NCBI RefSeq assembly: GCF_009914755.1
Contig: NC_060936.1
Source of the DNA: the human T2T-CHM13v2.0 reference genome, Homo sapiens
Direction: 5' to 3' (one strand)
Length of the DNA stretch: 64,000 nt
Shown: piece after piece, positions 1 through 14,451 of the stretch
Layout of the letters: every line of letters begins with the position of its first letter
Numbering within the stretch: the first letter of the stretch is position 1
The notes under the pieces: model-generated
Told to the model about the DNA's origin: nothing
Databases searched by the model: none
Seen by the model: the letters and a program-made list of their open reading frames with translations, nothing else
Position numbers and translations under genes: made by a program

Positions 1-236
<236 letters not shown>

Positions 237-387
237 TGATTCTCACTTTTCCTATGTGGCTGTTGTCCACCAATGCTGAAGAAGACATTCTTTTCCCATA
301 GTCTGCTGTCAGACCGTGGCTCCCAGTTGATGTCACAGTTTTTGAAGATATACTTTAAGACTCTTAAAATTCAAAACCATAGGTGTG

Positions 388-805
388 TAGTTGAGATGGT
401 TCGGATGTTTGCCCCCTCCAAACCTCATGTTGAAGTTTGATCTCCAGTGTTGAAGGTGGGGCCTAATGGGAGGTATTTGGGTCATGGGGTGGATCCTTCA
501 TGAATAGGTTAACGTCCTTCCTTGAGGGTAAACGAGTTCTCACTCTAATTGTTTGTTAAAGCTGGTTGCTAAAAAGAGCCTGGTGCACCCTGCCCTCTTG
601 CTTTCACTCTCCCCATGTGATCTCTGCACACTCTGGCTCCCCTTTACCTTCCACCTTGAGTGGATGCAGCCTGAGGCCCTCACCAGAAGCAGATGTCCCA
701 TCTTGAACTTTCCCACTATTAGAATCATGAGCCAAATAAACCCTTTTTATTGATAAATTACCTAGTCTCAGATATTCTGTTATAGCAACACTAGGTGGAC
801 TAAGT
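388..805 (+). mobile_element. MaLR solo LTR (MST-type)
   Basis: MST motifs; AATAAA...TATTCTGTTATAGCAAC end. Confidence 0.85.
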
Positions 806-3800
806 GTAGCTTAGTGCAGTAGTCAAGTACGAGATAAACCCAACATCTTTGGCATTGAATGTCACACAGGGAAGTGATATGGCTATTTTATGTACATCAA
901 AACTTCAAGATTACACGCTGCATTTTCTTCACTAATATGCATAAATGATCTTATTTCTCAATAATTTTGGCCTTCCCCTTCATTTGCCCATACCACCAGA
1001 GGCATTCAAAGCCTTTGATTAATACCTGGTAGAACTCCAGGATACACAGGAGGATCTGTTAGATTTTTGAGTTCCATGAAGGATTAGTCTCTTTTGCCAC
1101 CATCATATCTCCAGCCCTCAGCTCAGCATCTTGTTCACAGTAGGTGCTTGAGGAATATTTACTAATTGATCTGCAGGACATTGTAGGACCACAGCTGACA
1201 AGTACCACTCACCAGGTGGCCATCCATATAGGGGAATAGACTAGCTTTTTTTAAAAAAAAATATCCTTTCAACGAGGTTGTACTGCAAACTGGAAAACTG
1301 GTTTGAATATATTCTAAGGTTAAAACATAAACATTATTCTTCTGATGTTCACACCCATGCAGTTGGTTTGTGTTTTATCCTGAGTGCCATGCCCTTAGGA
1401 TCAGCTAGGAAGAACCAACCTTAGTATGTACTGTGCAGGAGATCTAGGACACCTGCCGATTTTAAGGCAACCTTTAGTACACAGTCCAGTATGAGCAATG
1501 CAAGCAAATCCACATCTTACCTTAAACATGCTCTAAAATATATGTACTGTTGCATTGAGCAATCCTGGGAGATTCCCTGGCCCATCCTTACTGGTCTGAC
1601 AGACATGTCATAATCAGGTAACCAGATCCCCTGTGGCTCATTTTAAATGGTGAGGCTAGCACAGCATAATCCCTGGGGCTCTCTGACACCTTGGCATTGT
1701 TTACAGTTTTACTCCCAGACTATTTACCCCAATCCAGATTAGTTCAGTTTTCCCACCTGCTAAGTGATTGCCTGAGTCCATTCTAACCATTCATATCTCT
1801 TCCCTCGTGTCAACCTTTTACTTTCCCCTATAACTCTGCCTTGGGCTCTCACTTTGCCTATGTTGAATATGGCTATAGTGAATAAATTACCTGCTGTTCT
1901 CTCTTTGGCTTTTTTGTTCAACATGATAGCTTGGTTTGAAGATAGTGATGTTCTTGTGGTCACTTTTGCACATGGCATACTTTGGGGAGGCTTAGGGAGG
2001 AGATAGATATAATCTGAATCCAGAAATATATTGATAGGGTAGTAGCAAAATTGATAGGGTGATACCAAAGAAGATTAAACTTAACAGAAAAAAAGGTAAC
2101 ATTTATTTTTTTTTAATCTTAATTGACAACATAACAAAGCAGTGCAGATGTGGCTTAACTTACCTAAAGCCACCTTTTAGACTTCAAAAACCACTCCTCA
2201 CTTTAAGATTATATGACTTTTCACCTATATATATATTTTCCTTATACTTTTTATGGTTTTATTTCTTTACATTTAGCTCATTCATCCATCATAAATTCAT
2301 GACAGTAAATAGGAAGAAATAGAGATTTAACTTTTTCTGAATAGTTATAGAATTGACTTAATACAAATTATTGCATAATCCATCATTTCCTCAATTATTG
2401 AGTGTGGGCAGTGTGTCTGGGATTGTGTTAAGCTAGGAATAAGAACACATGGTTCCTGCCCTCAAGGAGCTGTGCCTGGTGAGGGAAACCAATTAGTAAA
2501 AAGAGAATTAAGTGAAGCAGGATGAGCTCAATGATGGCATCCATTACAAAGTGCTGCTATATAATGTCTGAGGGGCCCCAGTAGGGTGGGAGATTTTGAC
2601 GTTGGGGAACAGTGGGTAGAGAGGGCTTCTTGTAGGAGATAACATCTGACTTTGTTTTGACAGATGAGTATAAACTGAGTAAACCTGCTTTGAGAACAGG
2701 GAATTCCAGGCGAGGAGAATCAGAGTCATGGGGGAACCTGAGATGATTGGGCAGCATCATGCAGTGCACTGAGGCCATTGCCTGGGTTACGAGTGAGAGT
2801 AGCATGGGATGAGGCTGATGGGGATGCCTCGTATTTCATATTTCATGTCATCTTAAACTCAGTGGGGCCCACAGTTGGGTTTAAAGCAATAGAACAAAAT
2901 AACCAAACCTGTTGTACAATAATTAAATCGTTGATAGTTTGCATATTGAATATTCTCAAGCATACTACTTTTAATTCACAGCAATGATTACAATTTTGAA
3001 TCATGTGCTTGTCTCATTATTGATGGTTTCATATTGGCTTCAGAAGAGGAAGGAAAAATTTATATTTCGCTAATTATATGAGGAGTTCTGTGTGGAAATC
3101 TGAATTACCTGGCATTATAGTTCTGATTTAATCTTGCTCCACAGCAGTTCTGCCCCTTAATTTGTCTCAGACCTCAGTCAGTTTTAATATTTACACCCTT
3201 CAGTCTGACCATTTATATGAGGATGGAAAGGCACACTAGTGTCTGTTTGGATCTTATGCCTGGCCATAAGCTCACTATACTCAACTCAGGCAAGTAATTA
3301 ATGTACTACTGAATATCTGCCCAACATAAGTTCAGAGATTCCAAAATCCTTCAACATTTATCTCAGTGTTTTCTTATAAACACTCTATGAGGTAAGTCTG
3401 GTCTTTATTCTAACTTCTATATTACAGATGAGGAAATGACCACAGAGAGGGTAAATGTTGCCTAAAGTCACACACAGTAAGTTAGGGGAACAGCTGGACA
3501 AAAATGCTCTTGCTGTGCCTGCTGCTGCCTTCTTGCCATTCAGTCCATGGTCAGCAGAGGTGGCGAGCTCCTCATGTCGGGTGTGGGACAGTGTTTTCAT
3601 TGTGGCAGGGGCTTGCACCTGAGCTTGAGCTAGGCCTCCTGACCAGTGGATATTTTATGAAGTTCACACAGTTAGGAAGTTCTTCCTTTAGAAAAGTCCT
3701 CAGAAATTGGTATAGGTTGTCAAAGTCTATTTAGTCACCCCTGTGAAAAAGCAGGTGACTTTAGCAGACTATGAGGCTGTTCCTTGCCTCCAACAACAAC

Positions 3801-4308
3801 CCTTTGTAGACTCTTTGATGCCACAGTTATTTCTAAAGCATTAAACACAGCACTAACTGATGCTTTCAATCAGTTATCAGGTATGGAATGTAGGTGATCA
3901 AAGCCATGTGGCTGCCACTTTCAAAAATCAGTATAGTTATCCCTCGCCCACAAAGGGAATCGTCTGTAGGCAGGTGATGCTTGTGGAAGGCTTTTTCTTA
4001 AGTCCCCTAAATACTTTTGCCAGGAGATCTCTCTTCCACAGTACAGGACAAGGGTCAGCCTGGGATCTTGCATTTGATTAGAAACTCCCTGTCCCGACTG
4101 TTTGGGAAAACATGAAGATGTTCCACAGAAGTGGCTCAACAAGGTCTTGTATCTTTAGCAACACAAAGTTCATAGCATCAGCTGTCCATAGTTGTTCTTT
4201 GGTTTAGAAAACAAGAAGGGCTGTGTACATGGCTCTTGGAATAGTGATATAAATTTATCCTTTCAAAGAAATGCCCAAGGTTGTGAATAACACAAGAAAA
4301 CTTTTTAG

Positions 4309-4931
<623 letters not shown>

Positions 4932-4974
4932 TGAATTAAAAAAGTAATATGTGTTAGTTGTAGAAAAAGAAAAG

Positions 4975-5542
4975 GTAAATTAAGAAAAATATAAATGCCT
5001 TAATCACGTCTTTTATTTTCTGTATTCTGATGCTTTGATATCTGGGGCTTGCTGACTTTGCATGGACTGTCCCTCCCAGGATTAGCCAATACCTAGAGAT
5101 AGTACACAATTTGCCCTTGAATGCGCTTTTCAAATATAAACCAGTCCAGAGCCCACTACCCAACCATCTCTTTTATTGAGCTCATACAGTCTCAGCTACT
5201 ATCCACCTAACCTAATCACCCCAGGGCCAGATACCAGATCCCTACGTAGGGACAGCCCCTGTTCCCCAGAGTCTGCTGAAATTATTCAAAGTAGCCAATT
5301 CCAAGCTTGTTTAGCCTGCCTCACCTGTTCCTTCAGAAACCAGAATCAAGACTCTTGCCCTCAGTTCTCTCTCTTCCTCTGACTGACCCAGCGCTTCCCC
5401 TGTGGCGCCTTCAGTGGTGTGGCATGCCCACTCCGCTTGGGAACGGCGAGTAACAATCTATCTTTTCAATGGCAATAAATGTCTCCTGATTGGTTGGCCC
5501 TACTTTATCTCAAATTTCTATTAATACATTATATTGTAAAAC
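4975..5542 (+). mobile_element. ERV solo LTR (LTR47-like)
   Basis: Resembles my recall of the LTR47 consensus; family assignment uncertain. Confidence 0.6.
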
Positions 5543-5878
5543 TAAAGCAAACAATATACCATACAAAATTTAATATTTTTAGACCATTTACTATTTCATA
5601 AGTAATTTGAAAACATTGTATTTAAAGATGGCAGAGGACTCCATCATATCACTGCACCCTAATTTTTTAGCTGTTCCCTTGTTTGTCAAAGCTTTTAGGT
5701 TGTTTTCAGGTTTACACTGCTGAAGCATTTTTATTAAATTCTTTGTACAACAGTCTTTGTGTATATCTTTAATAATTTTAGGATAAGTTCAAAGAAATCA
5801 AATTGCTAAATCAAAGAACAGCATGTGTTTGTGCCCCTTGACATAATTTTTCAGATTGCCTTCTGGGAACATTATATA

Positions 5879-8428
5879 CAATGAGCATCTCTAATCTGAA
5901 AATCCAAAATCTGAAGTGCCAAAAAATCCTAAACTTTTTGAGTACTGGCATGACACCACAAGTGGAAAATTCCACACCTGTCCTCATGTGACGGGTCACA
6001 GTTAGAATGCAGTCAACCTCAACAAACTAGGCATCGAAGGAACATACCTCAAAATAGTAAGAGCCATCTATGGCAGACCCTCAGCCAACATCATACTGAA
6101 CAGGCAAATGCTGGAAGCTTTCACCCTGAGAACTGGAACAAGGCGAGGATGCCCACTCTCACCACTCCTATTCAACATAAACCACTCCTACTCAACATAG
6201 TCCTGGGAGTTCTAGCCAGAGCAGTCAGGCAAGAGAAAGAAAGAAAAGGCATCCCAACAGGAAAATAAGTCAAATTATCTCTCTTCACTGACAATGTGAT
6301 TCTCTATCTAGAAAACCCTGAAGGCTCTGCTAAAAGGCTCCTAAGCTGATAAATAACTTCAGTAAAGTTTCAGGATACAAAATAAATGTACAAAAGTCAG
6401 TAGCATTTTCATACTGCTAAGCTGAGCACCAAATCAAGAGTGCAGTCTCATTCACAATAGCCGTTAAAATAATACCTAGGAATACAGCTAACCAGGGAGG
6501 TGAAACATCTGTACAAAGAGAATGACAAAACACTGCTCAAAGAAATTAGAGATGGCACAAACAAATGGAAAAACATTCCATGCTCATGGATAGGAAGAAT
6601 CAATATTGTTAAAATGGCTATACTGCCCAAAGTGGTTTACAGATTCAGTGCTATTTCTATCAAGCTACCAGTGTTATTTTTCACAGAATTAGAAAAAAAC
6701 GATTCCAAAATTCATATGGAACCAAAAAAAGAACCCGAATAGCCAGAGCAATCCTAAGCAAAAAGAACAAAGCCAGAAAATCACACTACCCGACTTCAAA
6801 CTATACAAGGCAGCAGTAACCCAAACAGCATGAGACTGGTACAAAAACAGACATGTAGACCAATGGAACAGGTTAGAGAACCCAGAAGTAAAGCTGTACA
6901 CCTACAACCATCTGATCTTCGACAAAGCTGACAGTTACAAACAATGGGGAAATGAGTCCATATTCAGTAAACTGTGCTAGGATAACTGGCTAGCCATAAG
7001 CAGAAGATTGAAAGTGGACCACTTCTTTCACCATATACAAAAATCAACTCAAGGTGGATTAAAGACTTAAATATAAGACCTAAAACTATAAAAACCCTAG
7101 AAGAAAACCTAGAAAATACCATTCTTGATGTAGGCCTTGGCAGAGATTTCATAATGTAGTCTCCAAAAGCAATTGCAACAAAAACAAAAATAGATAAGTG
7201 GGACCTAATTAAACTAAAGAGTTTCTACACAGCAAAAGGAAGTATCAAAAGAATAAACAGCCTACAGAATGGGAGAAAATATTTGAAAATGATGCATCTA
7301 AAAAAGGTCAAATATCCAGAATCTATAAAGAACTTAAACAAATCAACCAGCAACAAACAACCGTATTAAAAAAACGGGCAAAGGGCATAAACAGACACTT
7401 CTCAAAAGAAGACATACATGCAGCCAACAGACATGAAAAAATGCTCAAAGCAGTTATCATTAGAGAAATGCAAATCAAAACCACAATGAAATCCCATCTC
7501 AAGAAAGACAGAATGGCTATTATTAAAAAGTCAGAAAATAACAGATGTTGGCAAGGTTGTGGAGAAAAGGGAACACTGACACACTACTGATGGGAACGTA
7601 AATTAGTTCAGCCACTGTGGAAAGCAGTTTGGAGGTTTCTCAAAGAACTTAAAACAGAACTACCATCTGACCTAGCAATCCCATTACTAGGTGTATACCC
7701 AAAGGAATATAAATTGTTCTACCAAAAAGACATATGCATTCATATGTTCACTGCAACACTATTCAAAATAGCAAATACAGGGAATCAACCTAGGTGCTCA
7801 TCAGTGGCGGACTGGACAAAGAAAATGTGGTACATACACACCAGGGAGTGCTACACAGCCATAAAAAAGAATGCAGTCATGTCCTTTGCAGCAACACGGA
7901 TGGAGCTGGAGGTTATTATCCTAGGCAAATTAACACAGGAACAGAAAACCAAATAGTGTATGTTCTCAGTTATTAGTGGGGCTAAACACTGAGTACACAT
8001 GGACACAAAAAGAGGAACAATAGACATCGGGGCCTACTTGAAGGCAGAGGGTGGGAAGAAGGGTGAGGGTTAAAAAATTACCTATTGGGCACTGTGCTCC
8101 CTACCTGGGTAATGAAATCATTTGTCTGCCAAACCCCAGCAACATGCAGTTTACACATATAACAAACCTGCACATATATCCCTTAAACCTAAAATGAGAT
8201 TTAAAAAAAACCCAAAACACAGTCAACACATTGTTTTGTGCAAAAATTACTTAAAATATTGTATAAAATTATCTTCATGTTTTGTGTATAAAGTGTATAT
8301 GAAACATAAGTGACTTCCATATTTACGCTTGGTATCTTACTAGGTATCTGCGGATATTCCAAAATCCAAAACAATCCAAATTCTGACACACTTCTCCTAA
8401 ACATTTCAGTTAAGGGATATTCAACCTG
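5879..8428. mobile_element. Tigger4b/Zombi-type DNA transposon split by the L1 (5879-6016 and 8214-8428)
   Basis: Terminal sequences CAATGAGCATCTCTAATCTGAAA and TAAGGGATATTCAACCTG flanked by TA; the two halves are collinear with the consensus. Confidence 0.8.
6017..8213 (+). mobile_element. 5'-truncated LINE-1 (L1PA15/16-like) inserted in a Tigger4
   Basis: Degenerate ORF2 ([23 protein letters not shown]), 3'UTR and A-tail; 13-bp degenerate TSD at 6004-6016 and 8214-8226. Confidence 0.92.
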
Positions 8429-10380
8429 TACCAGTTTTCCTTCCTACTAGAAATATATGAAATTATGAGGATGTCTTCTCACCCCTTCCCCTTCTGTAAG
8501 GCACCTTTGCCAGCTCAACAAATGATCGGTCTTAATTCATTAAATAGGCCAAAAATAAGATGTTTTTATAATTCAGTGATTACTAGATTAGTAGTAATAT
8601 GGTCAGCCCAAATTTTAAGGAATTAACTAAAGAGACATTATGGAAGCCAATCACTGTCTTGTGTATTTCAGCACTAGGAAGTGAGGTTGACCTCACTTTT
8701 TATTTGAGCCTCATTGCCATTTCCAGACGTTATTCCTCACTGTCATTTATTGCCTTGATTTTGGTTTTCTGTTTATTGCACTCTCATCTCATACCTGTTT
8801 TAATCTTCTGCTGACCTTCAGGGTGCTGCTGCATCATATTCTTAGAGACATTTCCTCTCCTCCCCATCCCCTGATGTTACACTAGGCAACATGGGTCTTC
8901 TCTTTTTTAACACACTCTGTCCTCAATTCACTGCAAACAGTGCTCCATAGACCCCTTAATCAGCTGGAAATTCTTCACCTCTGAATCCCCAAGTCTGAAC
9001 TTCTCTCTGCAAATCATGGTTTCATATTTTTATGGCTCTCCCACTGACACCAAATTTCTTTGTCATCCTAATGTTATTTCCAAGTATTCCATCCACTTCC
9101 CAGAGTTCCTTTTTCAGCTCCTTCTGTGTGTCTCTTGCTTTCCTGCCCAGCCTGTGCTCTGTGATGTACCATTTAACTATGATGTGATAGACACCACTTA
9201 CCTGTTTATCCTTTCGAACTTCTACATACTTCCCTGGGAAGTTGCTGGCCTTGGGCAACCCAAAACATCTATTTTCTCTGCTTCAGTTCTCCAGCTGTTA
9301 TGTGATCATGGACAAAATCACATGCCAGCCGAGCTCTATGTCCTTGGAATCTAGCAGTGTGTGGTTTCTCCTTTATTATTTGGAATTCACAGAAACTAAC
9401 AGTCTTAAAATAAAAATTGACAGAAAATGAGCCTAATGCATTTTAGTTTATGGAGCCTGAGACAGTTATGCTTTGTCCCAGGAACTTCCACCTGGGTTCC
9501 TTTCTCACCTCATATGTGAGCCTTCGCTCCCCTAAGATGAATTAATCTTAACCATCCTCAGGACTTCCCTTTTAGACATCTTGCTACTTTTGAGGCCAAG
9601 GCCAGAAGAATCAGATCCTTCTGTGATGTTTTAATATTGTATCTGAGATGTGATATTTTGGGCTCCTGACCCCTGCCTAAAATGATTTTTGGCCTTCCCT
9701 GTCCAGGCTTAGCAGCTGAGCCATATTTCCCCAACCAAGATGGAGAGGGTTTAAATTATACAGCTTGGATTACAGTCTTTATTACAGAAATAAACAGAAT
9801 GACTGGCCTCTTATCTGTTTAGGCGAAGGTGGAATGCATTATGATGAAAGTTGTAGCTTTTGCTAGGAAGACTAATTTCAGAACTGATTTGCTAGGAGGG
9901 AGAACATTGTAAATGTTCCCCTGCCTTGGTGAGGATTGGCCTCAGTAGTGAATAGGGCTGAGGCAGTCCTAGGTAACTACATTAGCTTCCCACTACCTGG
10001 AGATAAAGCTCAGACCCCTTGGTGTTACATCCAGGGCCCTCCATGAACTAGTACAATCTACGTTTCAAGCTTGATCTCACATCAGTTTTACGCTGTGGCC
10101 AGCCATACTGATCTTGCTATCCCCCAATAGTCCATACGCCTTCTTTTCTCTAAGTTGCGTGTATGTCTTACAAAAGTAAGACGTGATACTTAGAAAAGTT
10201 TGGAACAATATAGGGAAGTAGAAAGGAGAAAAATCCTTTGATTGGCTACTGAGATAAAACTCCTAGTAACATTTTATTATGTGTGTTTTTTATCTCCCTT
10301 GCAAATGGCATTATTTTTGTTTCTTGTTTTTCCATAGTCTTTCATCCTCCTTTTTAAAAACTAAACATTACGTAAGCATT

Positions 10381-12115
10381 TATTTTTTATTTCCATAGGT
10401 TTTGGGGGAACAGGTGGTGTTTGGTTACATGAATAAGTTCTTTAGTGGTGATTTCTGGAATCTTGGTGCACCCATCACCCGAGCAGTATACACTGTACCC
10501 AATGTGTAGCCTTTTATCCCTCACCCCCCCACCCTTTCCCCTCGAGTCCCCAAAGTCCGTTGTATTATTCTTATGCCTTTGTGTCCTCATAGCTTAGTTC
10601 TCACTTATGAGTGAGAACATGTGATGTTTGGTTTTCCATTCCCGAGTTACTTCACTTAGAATAATTGGCTCCAATTCCATCCAGGTCGCTGCAAATGACA
10701 TTATTTCATTCCTTTTTATGGCTGAGTAGTATATGTATTTTATATATATCACAATTTCTTTATCCACTTCTTGATTGATGGGCATTTGTGCTGATTCCAT
10801 ATTTTTGCAATTGTGAATTGTGCTGCTGTAAACATGCATGTGCAAATATCTTTTTTATATAATGACTTCTTTTCCTCTTGGTAGATACCTAGTAGTGGGA
10901 AAATAAAATACTTAGGAATATACCTAACCAAGGAGATAAAAGACCTCTACAAGGAAAACTACAAAGCACTACTGAAAGAAATCATAAATGACACTGACAA
11001 ATGGAAACACATCCCATGCTCATGGATGGGTAGAATCAATATTGTGAAAATGACCATATTGCCAAAAGCAATCTACAAATCAATGAAATTCCCATCAGAA
11101 TACTACCATCATTCTTCACAGAACTAGAAAAAACAATCCTGAAATTCATATGGAGCCAAAAAAGAATCCACATAGCCAAAGCGCAAGACTAAGCCAAAAG
11201 AACAAATCTGCAGGCATCACATTACCTGACTTCACACTATACTATTAGGGCATAGTCACCAAAGCAGCATGGTACTGGTATGAAAATAGGCACACAAACT
11301 GAAGGAACAGAATAGAGAACCCAGAAATAAAGCCAAATATTTACAGCCAACTGATCTTCGATAAACAAAAACATAAAGTGGGGAAAGGACACCCTTTTAA
11401 ACAAATGGTGCTGATATAATTGGCAAGCCACATGTAGAAGAATGAAACTGGATTTTCATCTCTCACATTATACAAAATCATCTCAAGATGGATCAAGGAC
11501 TTAAATCTAAGACCTAAAACCGTAAAAATTCTAGAAGATAACATCAGAAAAACCCTTCTAGACATTGGCTTAGGCAAAGAGTTCAAGACCAAGAACCCAG
11601 AAGCAAATGCAACAAAAGCAAAGATAAATAAATAAATTTATTTTTTATATTTATTTATTTTATAAATAGATGAGACTTAATTAAACTAAAAAGCTTCTGC
11701 ACAGCAAAAGAAGTAATCAGCAGAGTTGATAGACAACCCAGAGAGTGGGAGAAAATCTTCGCTATCTATACATCTGACAAAGGACTAATATCCAGAATCT
11801 ACAAGGAACTCCAACAAATTAGTAATAATAATCCCATCAAAAAGTGGGCTAAGGACATTAATAGACAGTTCTCAAAAGAAGATATACAAATGGCCAACAA
11901 ACATATGAAGAAATGCTCAACATCACTAATGATCATGGAAATGCAAATCAAAACCACAGTGTGATACCACCTTACTCTTGCAAGAATGGTCATAATCAAA
12001 AAATCAAAAAATAATAGATGTTGGCAGGGATGTGGTGAACAGGGAACACTTTTACACTGCTGGTGGGAATGTAAACTAGTACAACCACTATAGGAAACTG
12101 GAGATTCCTTAAAGG
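10381..12115 (-). mobile_element. LINE-1 (L1PB-like) with 5' inversion: minus-strand 3' end 10381-10899, inverted plus-strand ORF2 part 10900-12115
   Basis: Poly-T plus L1PB-type 3'UTR, then a strand switch at about 10899. Confidence 0.88.
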
Positions 12116-13028
12116 GCATTTTCTGTATTTATAAAATTCATAATCATTTTAAATGATGGCATAGGATTTTACTGAATGCATTTGCTACCTCCTATTCATA
12201 GTGTTCTCGAAGCCTAAAACACCCATCCAGAAAAATGTGTTCAGATGTTACTCCCTTCCCCCAAACAGAATTAAGTGCCCTTATCTCTGTGTTCTTGCAG
12301 CACAAACTTGTACCTCTATCTAGGTCTAATTTCATTCTGTATTTGGTTAATATATCTATGCACTTATACATGCACAAAAAATATACAGGATTATAAACTT
12401 CTCGAGGGTAGGTACTAAATCTTAACTTTTTAAGATATCTACCACCTGGATTAGGCTCTTAAATACTGTGAAATAATATAATATTTTTTATCTCTGTTGC
12501 GCAAATTTTTTAATGTAATTTATGTGTAATACTATCTATACATGGCATTGTTCTTGAATAGTGCCAATTAATACTTAATTTCTATCCATCATGTGACTAA
12601 GGATCTTAAAGTAATGTGTCAATGGTAAGCAACAGTATTTGGTTTCCGTTGTAACGCATTACCACAAACCTATAAAACAATAACTGCTTGTCATTCTAGA
12701 AGGCTTTCCAAGATGCCAAATCCTGTACCACACAGTGCCTTTTTTCCAAAGCAGACAATCAAGTGTCTTTTTTCTTCTGTGAAAGAAAAATGATATAAAT
12801 GAAATAATTGAAATAATGGTAGAAAGTACGCCTCCTTGTTTGTGAAGTAGGGATAGCAGGAACTTCCATGTTCCTTGTTGCAAGAACAATGAAACACAGT
12901 GTGGCCTCAGCTCAGGAAGGTGAAACTGGAAGTTCTGATTTCACATCTTTCAGATTCTCTTTTGGATGTCTGGGGTAATAAAGTGAATGTAATTTATTCT
13001 TTGAATAAACCCTCGGTACTTACTGTGG

Positions 13029-13329
<301 letters not shown>

Positions 13330-13503
13330 TCAGGCACTGTGCCAGGATTTAGGGATAAAGATAAAGAAGTCTGCTGTGGTCCTCAAAGGCTTTGCAGTAT
13401 TGGAACATATAGCCTTATGGAGGATCTCATAAACCTTTCCTCTGCCACTTCTGTTTATTCCATGAACTGAACACCATTTGGAATCTGGAGGAGCAGGATC
13501 TTA

Positions 13504-13693
<190 letters not shown>

Positions 13694-13699
13694 AGTACT

Positions 13700-14190
13700 A
13701 GCAGCAGTAAAATGTAAAAGAGAAGGAATTTAGCACTGAGAAGGGCACAGCATCATTTTTGTGGTATTCTTGACAAATATGCACAATCTAAATTTAGTCA
13801 TGAGGGAATATCAGACAAACTTAAGCTGGAGGACATTCTAGAAAATAACTTCCCAGTACCCTTCAAAAGTCTCAAGAAAGACAAAAGAAGCCTGAGGAAC
13901 CATTACAGATGAAAGGAAACAAAGGACAGGTGGCAGGTGCTAAATGCATTGTGATCCTGGACCAGCAAAGGACATTAGGACAATTGACAAAATTTGTATA
14001 AGATCTGTCAATTAGATAATAATTGTGTATCACTGTTAATTTCCTGATCTTGATAATTATGCTGGGGTTAAGAATGACATTATCATTTGGGGAATATTAT
14101 TGAAGGGTATATGGGAATTCTTTACACTATCTTTGCCAGCCTGAAATTATTTCAAGATAAAAAGGTTAACAGCTTTATAATTAAAAATAA
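13700..14190 (+). mobile_element. Old L1M (L1MC-like) 3' fragment
   Basis: Resembles the L1MC 3'UTR; boundaries approximate. Confidence 0.55.
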
Positions 14191-14425
14191 AGCAACAACA
14201 TTAACTCAATGTTGTTTTCCTGACACCTTAGGCATCTACAATGGCTCACCAACAATGTTGATGCATTTTTGCTGGGCTAGTTACTTAATTAGCATCAGTA
14301 ACCTTCTGGTTTTCAAACAGATTTGTGTACATTTTCTTATTTGATTCTGAAACAAGCAAATGTGGTTTGCGGGAAATTTCTTCCATCTTAAAGAAATAGG
14401 GTTGGTTATGTTAAGTGATTTGTCC

Positions 14426-14451
14426 AAAAAAAAAAAAAAAAAAAAAAAAAA
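14426..14451 (+). repeat. Isolated poly(A)26
   Basis: Directly visible. Confidence 0.95.

Noticed and set aside
3888-3898. RORE-like AATGTAGGTGA
   Set aside because: The core is GGTGA rather than GGTCA, and it is far from the promoter.
10165-10182. Short hairpins (GTCTTAC/GTAAGAC here; also near 16258-16279 and 42422-42438) and a 15-bp direct repeat at 32779-32813
   Set aside because: Stems of about 7-10 bp and small slippage repeats are expected by chance in AT-rich intron DNA.
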